Virus record (IMG/VR): IMGVR_UViG_2718218139_000001
DNA: 64,000 nt
From: a virus
Lineage: Duplodnaviria; Heunggongvirae; Uroviricota; Caudoviricetes
Direction: 5' to 3' (one strand)
The position numbers were made by a program, and so were the translations under genes. Positions 18,333 through 27,506 of the stretch are shown piece after piece (position 1 is the stretch's first letter; each line of letters opens with the position of its first letter). The notes under the pieces were generated by a model. The model saw nothing but the letters and a program-made list of their open reading frames with translations. It ran no database searches and had not been told where the DNA came from.

Positions 18333-19372
18333 AAAAACCTCTCGTCACCCGTAATGACATAGCCGAAGCGATCGCCCTGCATACTGCCTGTATGCCGACA
18401 CGGGAGATCCCCGGCGCAATTGCCAACTATTTCATGATAACCAGACGTTTTTATACCCGAACAGATAAGGCTGTGATCAACAAGCTACTGATAGCCGAGA
18501 TCAGGGATTATTTGATTGAACAAGGACGTCTACGTTACGCAACAGTGGCAGCAGAAATGAGAAAGGAGGCACATAGAATGACCGGTAATAATTTGAATGT
18601 TGAAAAAACAGCACCTGTTACGTCAGCTACGCCAGCACCAGCCGTGAATATCATCCCCAACACCGGAGACACAATCGACAGCCTGACACTGTTAAAGATG
18701 GTCAATGAAGCGCGTAAGTTATGTGGGGAACCAGAGGTTCGGAACAACAAATTCATCGAAAAAATACTCGACGAATTAGAAGGTGAGGACGGTTACACAA
18801 AAAGTGCAACCGTGCCGCCAGGTGGCGGTACGCCTATGGTTGTCATAACCATGACCTACAAACAAGCCCTGCGAGTCGCCGCACGCGAATCAAAAGCCGT
18901 CCGCCGTTCGCTGATCGACAAACTGGAAGAATTGCAGCAGGCAAACTCCCCTACCCCATCGATCCCCCAAACATTACCAGAAGCTCTACGCCTGGCTGCC
19001 GAGTTAGCAGAACAGAAAATGCAGCTGGAACAACAGCTGGTGGCCGCTGCCCCTAAAGTCGATTTTGCCGACCGGGTATCAGTGGCTAATGGAATCCTGA
19101 TCGGGAACTTTGCAAAGGTCGTTGGACTTAAGCAAAACGCCCTTTTCTCATGGTTGCGCCAGAATGGCATTCTCATGGCTTTTGGAGCGCGCAAAAACGT
19201 ACCGCGCCAACAGTACATCAACGCCGGGTATTTCACGGTGAAAGAAGTGGTGCTGGATGATGAAAATGGCTACCAGATACGGCTGACGCCCCAATTAACG
19301 GGTAAAGGCCAGCAGTGGTTAACTCGCAAGCTACTTGATGCTGGTTTGTTAAAACCAGTAGCAATAGGTTAA
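18329..19372 (+). CDS. ant: antirepressor (KilAC C-terminal domain)
   Basis: 347 aa; C-terminal ..LPEALRLAAELAEQK..FSWLRQNGIL..GKGQQWL.. shared with next gene. Confidence 0.65.
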   Translation: MKKPLVTRNDIAEAIALHTACMPTREIPGAIANYFMITRRFYTRTDKAVINKLLIAEIRDYLIEQGRLRYATVAAEMRKEAHRMTGNNLNVEKTAPVTSATPAPAVNIIPNTGDTIDSLTLLKMVNEARKLCGEPEVRNNKFIEKILDELEGEDGYTKSATVPPGGGTPMVVITMTYKQALRVAARESKAVRRSLIDKLEELQQANSPTPSIPQTLPEALRLAAELAEQKMQLEQQLVAAAPKVDFADRVSVANGILIGNFAKVVGLKQNALFSWLRQNGILMAFGARKNVPRQQYINAGYFTVKEVVLDDENGYQIRLTPQLTGKGQQWLTRKLLDAGLLKPVAIG

Positions 19373-19385
19373 CAAAAGAAAAAAA

Positions 19386-19410
19386 CCTGCCAGCAAACTG
19401 GCAGGTTTCT
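19386..19410 (+). terminator. rho-independent terminator after ant
   Basis: CCTGCCAG-CAAA-CTGGCAGG followed by TTTCT. Confidence 0.65.
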
Positions 19411-19450
19411 GAGCAGATCGTCCAACCCGATCTGGATCGAGTTAGAAAAA

Positions 19451-19467
19451 TTTGCTCTAATAAATTT
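19451..19467 (+). promoter_or_regulatory. C1 repressor operator (16/17)
   Basis: TTTGCTCTAATAAATTT upstream of kilA. Confidence 0.6.
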
Positions 19468-19536
19468 CGTTTTCTAAGTGCAAAGAATCACCATTTCGAG
19501 CTGGTGATTGAAGGTTGATGCAAATTTGGAGAAAAA

Positions 19537-20337
19537 ATGCAACAAACATTCAATGCGGATATGAATATATCAAACCTTCATCAAAATGTCGATCCTTCAA
19601 CCACTCTGCCTGTTATTTGTGGTGTTGAAATTACGACCGACCGCGCTGGCCGTTACAACCTTAATGCTCTACACAGAGCGAGCGGACTCGGTGCCCATAA
19701 AGCGCCAGCTCAATGGCTAAGAACGCTGTCAGCCAAACAGCTCATCGAAGAGCTTGAAAAAGAAACTATGCAGAATTGCATAGTTTCGTTCGAAGGCCGT
19801 GGCGGCGGCACTTTTGCCCATGAATTGCTCGCAGTGGAGTACGCAGGCTGGATTTCTCCCGCGTTTCGGCTGAAGGTAAACCAGACATTTATCGACTATC
19901 GAGCCGGAAGATTACAACCTGCTATTCCGAAGAGCCTCCCAGAAGCTCTCCGTTTGGCTGCTGACCTGGCAGAGCAAAAGCAACGGCTGGAGCAAAAAAT
20001 GCTGATGGATGCACCTAAAGTCGAATTCGCCGAACGCGTTGCTACCGCCAGCGGGGTTCTAATCGGCAACTATGCCAAAGTGCTCGGCCTGGGCCAAAAC
20101 TATCTCTTCACCTGGTTGCGTGATAACGGAATTCTGATCGCAACCGGTGAACGCAGGAACGTCCCCAAACAAGAATACATATCCCGTGGGTATTTCACCC
20201 TTAAAGAAACCGTGATCGATACAAGCAATGGAAGCAGGATTTCTTTCACGACTCGTATAACCGGCAAAGGTCAGCAGTGGCTGATGAAGCGATTGCTTGA
20301 TGCTGGTGTGCTGGTACCTGTCGCGGCAACGCGCTAA
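19537..20337 (+). CDS. kilA: KilA (KilA-N plus KilAC domains)
   Basis: 266 aa; N-terminal KilA-N-like block, C-terminal KilAC block paralogous to ant. Confidence 0.6.
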   Translation: MQQTFNADMNISNLHQNVDPSTTLPVICGVEITTDRAGRYNLNALHRASGLGAHKAPAQWLRTLSAKQLIEELEKETMQNCIVSFEGRGGGTFAHELLAVEYAGWISPAFRLKVNQTFIDYRAGRLQPAIPKSLPEALRLAADLAEQKQRLEQKMLMDAPKVEFAERVATASGVLIGNYAKVLGLGQNYLFTWLRDNGILIATGERRNVPKQEYISRGYFTLKETVIDTSNGSRISFTTRITGKGQQWLMKRLLDAGVLVPVAATR

Positions 20338-20366
20338 CAGACGTAGTAAGAACCACCAGCATTGTA

Positions 20367-21212
20367 ATGCTGGCTAAAGTCACTTTCCTGAGCTGTATAA
20401 CGATGAGCGATTTTACTTTTTCTGGCTATGAATTGGCCTGCTTTGTAACACACTCCGGTCTATCCCGTAGCGCCGGGCATATCCTGTCGCAATGTGCAAA
20501 TCTCGCGGCAACAACCAGTGAATACTTCATTCACAAGCCTCACCGCCTGATCGCGGCAGAAACTGGTTATAGCCAATCAACCGTCGTTCGTGCATTCCGT
20601 GAAGCTGTAAACAAAGGAATTCTGTCTGTAGAGATTGTTATCGGCGATCACCGTGAACGTCGCGCTAACCTGTACCGGTTTACACCATCCTTTTTGGCCT
20701 TCGCACAACAAGCCAAAAATGCGCTGATTGAAAGCAAATTAAAGATCTCTTCAGCGGCAACCAAGGTTAAAGCTGTTCTCGCTAAGACATTGGCTTTATT
20801 TAATTTTTTATCCACACCCCCATGTCAAAATGATACCCCCTCCCCCTGTCAGGATGACGTGGCAATAAAGAATAAGAAGTCACAAGTTAAAAAAACAAAA
20901 AGATCAGTTTCCGGCGGTGCCGGAACGACCAGACTCAAAAAATTGACTTCATGGATCGCTGAGGCAAAAGCAAAGGCTGACAATCTGCGGTTATCCAAAA
21001 AACGCGCTCAAAAACATGAGTTCAAGCAGAAGGTAGAGGCGGCAGCGCGGAAATATGCTTACCTGAAGAACAAGCGTTCTCCTGATATTGGCGGGGTATC
21101 AAACTTCGATAATCTGCCGCATTGCATGACGGTAAACGAAGCTCTTAATGCGGTTTTAGCCAAAAATAAAGATAACGAACAATGGGGTATACCGGCAGGA
21201 TTCAGAGGGTGA
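20367..21212 (+). CDS. repL: lytic replication initiator RepL-like
   Basis: 281 aa immediately after kilA as in P1 lytic replicon; HTH-like segment. Confidence 0.5.
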   Translation: MLAKVTFLSCITMSDFTFSGYELACFVTHSGLSRSAGHILSQCANLAATTSEYFIHKPHRLIAAETGYSQSTVVRAFREAVNKGILSVEIVIGDHRERRANLYRFTPSFLAFAQQAKNALIESKLKISSAATKVKAVLAKTLALFNFLSTPPCQNDTPSPCQDDVAIKNKKSQVKKTKRSVSGGAGTTRLKKLTSWIAEAKAKADNLRLSKKRAQKHEFKQKVEAAARKYAYLKNKRSPDIGGVSNFDNLPHCMTVNEALNAVLAKNKDNEQWGIPAGFRG

Positions 21213-21262
21213 TAGATTGCTCTAATCTGGAGTCACCTGGCGTTTTCAGTTTGAGGTCGGAG

Positions 21263-21508
21263 ATGCAATCTGATTTTTTACAGTTAGCGATCGCTTTTGC
21301 AGGATATGTTTGTATTGGCTTCTGTATATACATGTTCAGCCGAAAAATGCTTGTCGATATCGACCGCAAAGAACAAGCAGAGGAGATCTTAGTATGGATT
21401 TTCTTTGGCGCGGTCTGGCCATTAGGGATCATGTTTGCTGCAACATTTCTTCTGATGTGGATATTCACCCTTCCAGGTGATTTCTATAGAAAAAAAGCCA
21501 GACATTGA
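21263..21508 (+). CDS. small membrane protein
   Basis: ORF track 21182-21508, start placed at ATG 21263 after GAGGTCGGAG; two hydrophobic helices. Confidence 0.4.
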   Translation: MQSDFLQLAIAFAGYVCIGFCIYMFSRKMLVDIDRKEQAEEILVWIFFGAVWPLGIMFAATFLLMWIFTLPGDFYRKKARH

Positions 21509-21631
21509 TACAATCGTTGCGGGTGCTTGAGGCTATCTGCTTCAGGCATTACCCGAAAAGCAGATAGAAGAAAGCCCCAGATAACATTACGCGTCCTGCA
21601 AGACGCTTAACATTAATCTGAGGCCATATCT

Positions 21632-21838
21632 ATGCTTAGCATACGTAGATTAGCCTCTTACCGACCAAAAGGTCAAGGAGAAGCAGGCTATGAAGCAGCA
21701 AAAAGCGATGTTAATCGCTCTGATCGTCATCTGTTTAACCGTCATTGTGACGGCACTGGTAACGAGGAAAGACCTCTGCGAGGTACGAATCCGAACCGGC
21801 CAGACGGAGGTCACTGTCTTCACAGCCTACGAATCTGA
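21632..21838 (+). CDS. mok-like overlapping reading frame of hok locus
   Basis: 68-aa ORF in another frame covering the hok-like ORF, as in hok/mok arrangement. Confidence 0.35.
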   Translation: MLSIRRLASYRPKGQGEAGYEAAKSDVNRSDRHLFNRHCDGTGNEERPLRGTNPNRPDGGHCLHSLRI

Positions 21839-21845
21839 AAGGTAA
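21690..21845 (+). CDS. hok: Hok/Gef-family type I toxin
   Basis: 51 aa MKQQKAMLIALIVICLTVIVTALVTRKDLCEVRIRTGQTEVTVFTAYESER; matches Hok core LTRKSLCEIR..AAFMAYES; below ORF-track size cutoff. Confidence 0.8.
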   Translation: MKQQKAMLIALIVICLTVIVTALVTRKDLCEVRIRTGQTEVTVFTAYESER

Positions 21846-21919
21846 GAGACCTGGTGTGGAGAGATCCCCGCCACTCTTAGTGTGTCAGGTATCCTCAATG
21901 CACCCTTTCATCTCCAAAT

Positions 21920-21945
21920 AAAAAAGCTCCCGAAGGAGCTTTAAA
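21920..21945. terminator. bidirectional rho-independent terminator
   Basis: AAAAAGCTCC-CGAA-GGAGCTTTAAAA between convergent genes. Confidence 0.7.
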
Positions 21946-21961
21946 ATACAAGGGATGACTC

Positions 21962-22471
21962 TTAATCCCACTCAATCCAGTTGTAGACGATACGAAGTGA
22001 CGGGCGCACAGCGGCAGTCACATCTTCGGTACTAAAGTCGATTGCATCACTGTAGATTTTGCAGTCCAACATTTCAATTGTTGTAGCAGCTTTTGTCACA
22101 GCGTTAACCCCGGAAGATTTGGATTCAGGGGTAGCAGCCATCGTGATATCAACATAGTCCTTCGCCGCAATGCGATCCTTGATGAACTGAAGAATATCGC
22201 CTTCGATAGTCTCCACGCACTGGACCTGGATTTCCCCAGAGTTTCGAATTGGTCCGTGCTGGTTGAACTTCACACCATTCGGACCATAGTCCTCCACATC
22301 CTCGCGGGTCATTTCAGGAATTTGCGACGTGCGAACCAGTACGCTGATATCTTCATGGCCTGCAAAAGTGAGCTGGAATTCAGAAGATACCAGTCGTTCG
22401 CCTTTGGCCGCGTTGGCAGTATAGCGGCCCTTAATAAATTTACGGTTTCCCTTAGTGTTATTGTGCCCCAT
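21962..22471 (-). CDS. late structural protein, tail tube-like
   Basis: ORF track 169 aa, last gene of late operon. Confidence 0.4.
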   Translation of the reverse strand: MGHNNTKGNRKFIKGRYTANAAKGERLVSSEFQLTFAGHEDISVLVRTSQIPEMTREDVEDYGPNGVKFNQHGPIRNSGEIQVQCVETIEGDILQFIKDRIAAKDYVDITMAATPESKSSGVNAVTKAATTIEMLDCKIYSDAIDFSTEDVTAAVRPSLRIVYNWIEWD

Positions 22472-22482
22472 ATAAAATCCTT

Positions 22483-23064
22483 TTACTGGAACGCCCGAAC
22501 AATATCGGAGCTGTTATATATCGAAGAACCGGTCAACTGGAGGTTGACGGTGTTTTTCAGGAAATGCCCATTGCTGTCCCTGGGCGCATCGAGATCGAAA
22601 CTTATGTCCTGGATAGCGACATCAATGATGTTGATCCGGCGACCAATGTTTAGCGTCACGCGCTCCGGGATTCGACCACCAATACTGGCATCTTTAAGTT
22701 CCGGGCTAATCATCGCTGACAATGCGGCGATAGCTCCTGAAACCTCCGTGAATGGGTCAAACAAAGCGATGAAAGTTACTGGCAGCGTGAAAGTCGGCGG
22801 TGTTCCCCCTTCCCAAACCATTAAGCTGTTCCAACGGGCAACCGACGTTGTTTCAGTACCAACCTGCGCAAAACCACTGAAGGCACCAGCAACAGATCCC
22901 ATGGACATACCGGTAAACGGCGCTTCCCAATTCTGGGCCATGTTCATTGCCGCCCCCTGGCTGATATATCCGGTAACCTGGTACTGAGAGTTCGTTAAAG
23001 TAACTTTCAGAAATGGCGATACACCGTCAGCCTGGCTGTAAACCCCATAAGGAATAGGTGCCAT
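22483..23064 (-). CDS. late structural/morphogenesis protein
   Basis: ORF track 193 aa. Confidence 0.45.
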   Translation of the reverse strand: MAPIPYGVYSQADGVSPFLKVTLTNSQYQVTGYISQGAAMNMAQNWEAPFTGMSMGSVAGAFSGFAQVGTETTSVARWNSLMVWEGGTPPTFTLPVTFIALFDPFTEVSGAIAALSAMISPELKDASIGGRIPERVTLNIGRRINIIDVAIQDISFDLDAPRDSNGHFLKNTVNLQLTGSSIYNSSDIVRAFQ

Positions 23065-23099
23065 TCAAGTTAAAGGCCGGAGTTCTCCGGCCTCCTCCT

Positions 23100-23915
23100 T
23101 TAGCCAAGGCGCTTACGGCGCAGTTTCATTGACTTTTTGCGGGCAAGTTTTGCCGCGCCGGTCTGGGCTTTTCGACGCGCTTTTTTCAGCGCCGATTTTT
23201 GAGCCGCAGTCAGACGTTTTTTACGCAGGCGTTTACGGATGAGTTTGATCTCACCGTTACGAACAACCTTCTTAAATGCTTCAGTCAGCATTTCATCAGA
23301 AGTGCCAGCAACAACAAACGCCGCTTCCAGTTCGTCGCGGTCGTCGCTATCTAAACCAGCGATAGAGGCACCAACATCAGCAGCTGCGTCGTCGTCTTCA
23401 TCGTCAGCCAGTGCTTCGATCAGGTCATCATCTACACCGCATGCTGCGAGGAAGTCAGCAACATTTGCCCATGCTTCGTTATAGGCATCGTCCTGTTCTT
23501 CTGTAACTTCGGAGTCGTCGTCATCAGAGATACCAGCGATAGCCTGAACGAAACCATCAAGGGAGTCGAAAGTCAGATCACCGCTATCAGCCCAGGCGAA
23601 AACGGCGTCGGCCGCATCACTCAACGCATTCTGCATAGCACTTCGATTTGCAGCTTCCAGAATCATCTGGTGCGCCTGTTCGACGGTCCATTCTTTACCG
23701 TCTTTCCCTTCCAGGATTTGCTCAGGAGCCGGGGCAGATGGAATGTTATCGTTAGTCTGTGCCGCCGGTTCCGGATTATTATTAATAACCGGATCTGTTG
23801 GCGGTTCGGCGCTTGCTCGGGCAGACTCCATCAGCTGCACAGGATCAGAGTTCAAAGCGAAACGAGACAGTCCATTCCCCAAAAATGCCCCGGATTGAAA
23901 AAAGTTTTTGCTCAT
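23100..23915 (-). CDS. acidic late protein with basic C-terminal tail (scaffold-like)
   Basis: ORF track 271 aa; D/E-rich core, K/R-rich last 45 aa. Confidence 0.45.
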   Translation of the reverse strand: MSKNFFQSGAFLGNGLSRFALNSDPVQLMESARASAEPPTDPVINNNPEPAAQTNDNIPSAPAPEQILEGKDGKEWTVEQAHQMILEAANRSAMQNALSDAADAVFAWADSGDLTFDSLDGFVQAIAGISDDDDSEVTEEQDDAYNEAWANVADFLAACGVDDDLIEALADDEDDDAAADVGASIAGLDSDDRDELEAAFVVAGTSDEMLTEAFKKVVRNGEIKLIRKRLRKKRLTAAQKSALKKARRKAQTGAAKLARKKSMKLRRKRLG

Positions 23916-23924
23916 TGTATTCCC

Positions 23925-25514
23925 TTACTTAATAAGCAGCGGTACGCCCTGGATACGACGGGCTACGCCAGTCGGGCAGCAGGCCCAGACTACTTCCCAT
24001 TTATCGAATTCCGCCTGCGTAACTTTCAGCACATACGGTTCTGTACCGTCAGCATCAGGATCACGAGGAGCCACCAGAGCGCCGGAGGCGACAAAGCGAT
24101 CTAAAAGTTTGGTCATCCCTTTAGTCAGGCCAGCCGCAGTAATACCGTCCGGGCTATGCTTCATCTGTCGGGCTAACTGGACAAAGAAACGGCTGATTGC
24201 ATTCATCAGGGATGGGACGTGCTGGAAGTGCAGATAGTTATCCTGCGTGCAGCAAGTTAAAGCATCGTCAATGATCATCTGGCCAGAGGTGCCAACAGAT
24301 ACTTTATTGAGACGGCCCTTGACCATTGCTTCTTCGTCCGGGGTATCTTCCGGATACAGCGGTTGAATTGACGCACGAGCAATGACGGCACGTTCTTCAC
24401 CAGCCGGTGAGTAATGCCAACCGCCGACATCAGAGTTTTTCTTGACGCCACGAGCTTTCGCCGCATACGCCACGCCAGACAGACCAAAGACCACACGGGA
24501 TTGGGTCCATTTGTCTTTGCAGGAGAACGGGTAGTGATAGACAGAACAGCTTACATAATCGGTACCAAGTAAACCGGTATCCTCAACAGCTGGTAGTGCT
24601 TCTGCGTACGTTAATGTCGGTTTGACATCAAAGAAGCCATCAATCAGGCGATCTGCACAGATTTTACCTAATGCGGTGATAGCCGCATTGTCATAGCAGC
24701 CCAGGCCAAGAACAGCGGTGTACATGTACGGCGCATTGTTCAGCACTTTCACCGCACGCAGGTACGCAGCGGTTGAGATTTTCGACTGATCACCGTTGGT
24801 ACCACCAGTGAACGCCAACGATTTTTTATTTGTTACTTTCGCCGTCGAAATCAGCTCTTCATTAACAACTGCGCGCAGATATTTAGAACGGGCTTCCAGA
24901 GCCGTAGGCAGATAACACAAGCGGCCCATGTCATCTTTCGCTTCTTCCGCCAAAGACACAGTGTGTGTCTCCAGGGTCGTTACCACGCCGAGCGAAGTCG
25001 TCTGGGTCAGTTTTAAGAGGAAGCGTTCATTACCCGCGCTGTCCGCTGTTGCCGTTTCGATGGTTAACTCACGGGTAGGTGAAATACACGGATCACCATC
25101 ATCAACGTAGATAGCAAAGGCTTCGCCGCTATCAAGTTCAATTTCAGAACCGTATGGCAACGCACTGTAAGCCGGTTCGCCTGATTCATCGAACATAATA
25201 ATCGGGAACTTCGCATCATCCGGAACAGCACGGACAACATAACCAGACGTTTGCTGAATAGCTTCGTATACATGGCGAATTGGTTCGAACTGTGAGCCGG
25301 AAGACGGCTTCAGCGGTTCGCCGAGAACATCTTCGTAATTGGACTCAGTAACCGCAAGAACAGTAAACGGCTTGCCACGCGCAAATACGCCAATACCAGC
25401 CCACAAGCTGCTATTTAATGCAACACCGGTAGATAACGTCGCATCGGCATTGATCGGGCTAACCGCGACGCCGGATGCATTACCTAATGACTGTTGAATT
25501 GAATATTGAGACAT
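23925..25514 (-). CDS. major late structural protein (possible tail sheath, P1 gp22 position)
   Basis: ORF track 529 aa; follows capsid-like gene. Confidence 0.4.
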   Translation of the reverse strand: MSQYSIQQSLGNASGVAVSPINADATLSTGVALNSSLWAGIGVFARGKPFTVLAVTESNYEDVLGEPLKPSSGSQFEPIRHVYEAIQQTSGYVVRAVPDDAKFPIIMFDESGEPAYSALPYGSEIELDSGEAFAIYVDDGDPCISPTRELTIETATADSAGNERFLLKLTQTTSLGVVTTLETHTVSLAEEAKDDMGRLCYLPTALEARSKYLRAVVNEELISTAKVTNKKSLAFTGGTNGDQSKISTAAYLRAVKVLNNAPYMYTAVLGLGCYDNAAITALGKICADRLIDGFFDVKPTLTYAEALPAVEDTGLLGTDYVSCSVYHYPFSCKDKWTQSRVVFGLSGVAYAAKARGVKKNSDVGGWHYSPAGEERAVIARASIQPLYPEDTPDEEAMVKGRLNKVSVGTSGQMIIDDALTCCTQDNYLHFQHVPSLMNAISRFFVQLARQMKHSPDGITAAGLTKGMTKLLDRFVASGALVAPRDPDADGTEPYVLKVTQAEFDKWEVVWACCPTGVARRIQGVPLLIK

Positions 25515-25529
25515 AACTTTCCCTGTTAT

Positions 25530-25548
25530 GCGCCCCGCACGGGGGCGC
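25530..25548 (-). other. GC stem-loop between major head-like gene and next gene
   Basis: GCGCCCC-GCAC-GGGGGCGC; no T-run, likely mRNA stabiliser/attenuator. Confidence 0.4.
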
Positions 25549-25574
25549 TATGTTAAACGGAGAACTTCCCCTGA

Positions 25575-27281
25575 TTACTCAGAGTCACCGGCATCAATCG
25601 TGTCGCCGCTTATGAAGTTAAGCCCGCCTTTTTTGGCCATTGTCAGCGTTACACGAGTGAAGTAATCAGCGCCGTTGCGTGGGTGCATATCGTTGATAGC
25701 CGAACCCCACAGCGTGGTACGGTTGACCAGCGCCGGAGTGGTCGGATGCTGGAACGGGATGGCCGGGACAGCATCACCAGTCACGAAGCCTGCTTTACCT
25801 GGATTTTCATCACGGACGTAGCACAGCACATCCATCGAGCTGAACTGAATGTTCTCTGTCGTTAAGTTCTTACAAATACCAGCAGGTACTTCGTACACTT
25901 TCACGTTACCGAACAGGGTACCGATGTAGTGAACATACGGAGTCTGGATATAGTCTTCGGCTGGCTGGAAGAAATCCTTCGGCAACTGTTTGAAGAAAGA
26001 TGCTGCATCAGCACCAGCAAACATCCCCATCGCACCAGAAGATTTAACGCGCTCAATAATGTCGCGATATACAGTCTGGAATTTGCCACGAATGATGGTT
26101 GCCCATACATCAAAGGACTGGTTAACCGGCAGAGCGATGTCAAAGGTGTCGGTCGCAAGAGTACGCCAGATCATGATGCGAAGACGCAGCATATCCTGTT
26201 CATGAGACAGGTATTCCTTCAGGGTGCGGAACTGTAGGGAACCCAGGTCCAGACCAAATTCACGCTGTGCTTCATACGCCGCCTGTACCGTGTGCTCAGC
26301 CGCGATAACGAACTGGCTTGGGAACAGGGTGTATTTCTTCATTTCGTGGTTGATCAGCGGGATCAGCTCAGGAGCGGCTTCAATATTGATTTCCGTCTCA
26401 ATTGCGATCTCAGTGCCTTTATCCGGCGCTTTGGAGAACGACAGGGCAATCTGACCAATGTTGTAGTTCAGAGAGCAGGTAACAGTGATTTGCTCACCAG
26501 CAGCATTAGTAAACGAGTGAAGTAGGCTGCCGGAACCGTTATCAACAACAGACTTAATACGGTTAACGTAGATGTTAGTACGACCTTTTCGGATTGGTAC
26601 ATTCTGGCCTTCGAAGTCTTCCATCTTGAAGGTTGCGGTTTTGCTGGTGCCATCGGAGCTTGCCACCAGCACATAGCGGCGGCGTAACTGGCTGTACACC
26701 CCGACGGATTGCATGTCCAGAACATCACCGGCAGCATAAGAACCAAAAGAGGAACCTGCCACGTTAAAGACTTCATAGATGTCTGACTGGTCACGCGTAA
26801 CCGGAATGAAGGTACACGCATCAGCGGTAGCGGCCCCCAACTGAACAGGCAGGATCATCGCGAGGAATAAAGGCAGACGCATAACACCGTCAGAAACGCT
26901 CATCATCTCTGCTGCGACGGATTCCAGCATCGCTTTATTAGTGGCATCCATGCTATTGCGGGTGGACTCAATCAGGCAGTTTTCCAGCGTCTGGTGGCAG
27001 GAGGCCAGAATTTCCGGACGCGGCATAGATTTATGTGCTGCGGCGTAGTCAGCCAGTGCACTTGCCCACGCTGTAGCGATTTGAGCGGTGGCATTATCAG
27101 AGATACCCGCAAAAACCGGGTCTTTACGTGCAGCTTCAAGGATAGATGCGGCACGCGCGGCATCATCTTTAATGAATTGGTTATCAGTACCGAACTGCGC
27201 AGTGCTTGCCCAGCCAAGCACAGCTTTAGAGCGTTTTGCGATATCTGCAATACGATTCTGGTATTCGCGTAAGTTACTCAA
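25575..27281 (-). CDS. major head protein precursor (P1 gp23 position)
   Basis: ORF track 25575-27302; start placed at TTG 27281 after AGGAAG; about 62 kDa. Confidence 0.5.
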   Translation of the reverse strand: MSNLREYQNRIADIAKRSKAVLGWASTAQFGTDNQFIKDDAARAASILEAARKDPVFAGISDNATAQIATAWASALADYAAAHKSMPRPEILASCHQTLENCLIESTRNSMDATNKAMLESVAAEMMSVSDGVMRLPLFLAMILPVQLGAATADACTFIPVTRDQSDIYEVFNVAGSSFGSYAAGDVLDMQSVGVYSQLRRRYVLVASSDGTSKTATFKMEDFEGQNVPIRKGRTNIYVNRIKSVVDNGSGSLLHSFTNAAGEQITVTCSLNYNIGQIALSFSKAPDKGTEIAIETEINIEAAPELIPLINHEMKKYTLFPSQFVIAAEHTVQAAYEAQREFGLDLGSLQFRTLKEYLSHEQDMLRLRIMIWRTLATDTFDIALPVNQSFDVWATIIRGKFQTVYRDIIERVKSSGAMGMFAGADAASFFKQLPKDFFQPAEDYIQTPYVHYIGTLFGNVKVYEVPAGICKNLTTENIQFSSMDVLCYVRDENPGKAGFVTGDAVPAIPFQHPTTPALVNRTTLWGSAINDMHPRNGADYFTRVTLTMAKKGGLNFISGDTIDAGDSE

Positions 27282-27332
27282 TTTACTCTTCCTTAAACAC
27301 AAGGCACTTGTGTGAATCCCTTTTCGGAAGAG

Positions 27333-27354
27333 ATTTTATTGAAAGTCACTTGTT
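27333..27354 (-). promoter_or_regulatory. late-promoter-like motif (AACAAGTGACT-N5-TAAAAT)
   Basis: motif copy upstream of head gene. Confidence 0.4.
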
Positions 27355-27418
27355 GACTTTCTCGTGACAAGCAATTTTTTTATTTTTTTCGGGAGTAGGG
27401 GAGGAAGGTAAAATCCAA

Positions 27419-27503
27419 GGTGAAATCGTGGCGATTTCACCTTGAAATTTTAGATGGATTTACTTTAAAAACAGTTGGTTAATAGTGAAATTTGAATGGC
27501 GAA
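27419..27503. other. parS partition site
   Basis: heptamer GTGAAAT/ATTTCAC and hexamer TGGCGA boxes flanking an AT-rich bend site, directly downstream of parB. Confidence 0.7.
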
Positions 27504-27506
27504 AGT

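Noticed and set aside
21530-21690. Exact Sok antisense promoter and transcript
   Set aside because: A TTGACC-N17/18-TAATCT-like element is present on the minus strand near 21640-21670, but the -10 is weak and I could not define transcript ends; left as part of the hok finding rather than annotated.
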